Positions 62,501 through 64,000 of a DNA stretch of 64,000 bases are shown here, piece after piece. How positions within the stretch are numbered: the first letter of the stretch is position 1; each line of letters begins with the position of its first letter. Made by a program: the position numbers and the translations under genes. This stretch comes from Moniliella sp. 'wahieum' (taxonomy: Eukaryota), in the NCBI GenBank assembly GCA_003971905.1, contig RSEE01000084.1, forward strand, positions 62,001 to 126,000. Direction: 5' to 3'. The notes beneath the pieces were generated by a model, which ran no database searches, was not told where the DNA came from, and saw nothing but the letters and a program-made list of their open reading frames with translations.

Positions 62501-63667
62501 TTTGGGGCCAAACGTGGAGCGTGGGGCTTGCGAGGACGCCCACGCGAAGCCATCTGGTAGTTGTTCAAGCCGTACGGGACAGAAGGTAAGTGAGGGATGG
62601 GATCCTTTCTTCGGCTTGCGCCTCTGACCGTCTGCACTTCATTCAACTCAACGGTTAAGGAGGCAACGTGTTTCTCCAACTGAGAGATGCGCGCATGGGC
62701 CCAAGCCAACTCGTCCAGGCGCTCAGACAAGGGCACCTGTCCGGATGGTTGTGGGGGAGGAGGATATGCTTGTACCGTAGGGATCATAGACGAGCTTGAA
62801 GGAAAGTCGTGGTGCACCGAAGAGCGTTCTTGTGTTGCTATTGGCGAGGCCCACTGTTGGCTGTGATCTGCAAATGAAGAATGGGTACGGGAGAAAACAG
62901 TCGCGATGACGAGCTGTTGTCCCAGGAAAATGGGCGCTCTCGGTGGGTTCCACGAATCCACTGAATCAACTTGAGTTGAATGGGTCGTGATGACTCGAAC
63001 CAGCGGTCTTGACCGCCGGAACTAACGGATGGTGGGGGTGCCTGATGCAGGTAATCAAATTGGTCAAGCGGTTGTGATAGGGGAGGTACGAATGATGAGA
63101 CCCATGCTCCTGAGAGGGGGATGCGTGGGTCCAAACCCTGTTTTGCTCGTACCCATGCTGCCAGGGGTCTTGAAGAGGGCCCCAGGGCGAACATCGGCAG
63201 GATACTCCCGGCACTCGTCCACCTCAAAGAGCGGGAAGACAATGTGATTCTTAAAAGGAACAATGCGGCAGGTGTCCGCGTCGCCGCGCTTGCTGCACTG
63301 GTCACAGGGTACGGATCGGGAACATTTGATCTTGCGCTCCCTGGAGCAGTGGAAACCAAAGGTACCACAGAGACCATGTAAGGAATTAGTAAAAAGTGGC
63401 GAAAGAATCATCGAACTGCAAGACATACTGACAATGGGTACAACTGAGCGTCAACCGATTTCGTTTCTTCCGGCGTGGCTGCAGGGAGTCGGGACCATTC
63501 TGATCAGTGCCGGCTACAGCTTCATGCGGCGCCCGTGATGGAGCAAGCAAGGCTGGGTCGGTAGACGCGTTAGATGCACCGGGCAATAACCCATCATAGC
63601 CTGGAGCTTCGTCAGGAAGTGGATGGAAGGTCTGGTCGAGGGAGTGGGCGGAGCGGTGGGCGTTCAT
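59584..63667 (-). CDS. Zn(II)2Cys6 fungal transcription factor with fungal-specific TF domain
   Basis: RRKKRNRLTLSCTHCQ^ERKIKCSRSVPCDQCSKRGDADTC (intron 63428-63341 within the zinc cluster). Middle homology region WLALLLMVL...VLQAILL...AISTAVSMGLHR...ETYYRIWWTLVWRDW...FNTPLPGNYND. 3' end approximate. Confidence 0.9.
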
Positions 63668-64000
63668 GGTGGCGAAGATGGGTGTTCAGGGGTGTAGAGG
63701 GGCTTAGAGGGACGTAGAGGCGTGGCGTAGAGGGGCGTAGAGGGGAATAATAGAGGGTGTAGGGGGTGTAGGGGGTGGCGATGGAAGGACGAGATCAAGA
63801 GCAAAAAGTCCAAGGCCTCAGGCGAAGGAGGCGATTCTTCCACAGAAGGGAGGGCGTCGAGGGGGTTGCTCTGTCGCAAGCAAGAGCCAAACTCAATTCC
63901 AACACAAAAAGCGCCTGGAGAAACCTAGTTGATGCTTCAAGGAAGTTTCAATGAGCGTCACGAAAGAGCGTGGCTTAAAGGTGGAAGCTGGAGCTGGCCC

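Noticed and set aside
59584..63667. Zn2Cys6 factor as marker of a secondary-metabolite cluster
   Set aside because: No PKS, NRPS, terpene synthase or tailoring enzymes in the window; neighbours are housekeeping genes.

Overview
Eukaryotic, GC-rich, intron-containing DNA from a fungus, most likely a basidiomycete (GTRYGY...CTRAC...YAG introns; FKS1, Zn2Cys6 factor and an arginine attenuator uORF). Almost every gene, including essential ones, is broken by apparent 1-nt indels. This is best read as error-prone long-read consensus, so gene boundaries were stitched across frames and are approximate. After a gene-free, lower-GC first ~6.4 kb, the window carries in order: PKA regulatory subunit, kinesin-8, a probable Stn1 (CST) homolog, an orphan membrane protein, an MGRN1-like RING E3, G6PD, FKS1, an Opy2-like anchor, MEMO1, CPA1/arg-2 with its arginine attenuator uORF, a small SET protein, a Cdc15/Hof1 F-BAR-SH3 protein, Erv14, SUMO, a truncated Ty1/copia relic, eIF2-alpha, RPS19, a Pps1-like phosphatase, a mitochondrial carrier, an F-box-like protein, tRNA-Ser(CGA) and a Zn2Cys6 transcription factor. 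Three observations stand out. (1) A divergent arginine attenuator peptide (H->Q, W->Y) abuts or overlaps the CPA1 start codon. (2) Intergenic DNA repeatedly shows 7-nt tandem duplications built from many different A....T 6-bp palindromes joined through T-N-A, suggesting a hairpin/fold-back mutational process. (3) The SUMO gene is split into 7 exons with four consecutive 14-19 nt microexons. No prokaryotic-type system (CRISPR, operon, phage) is supported.
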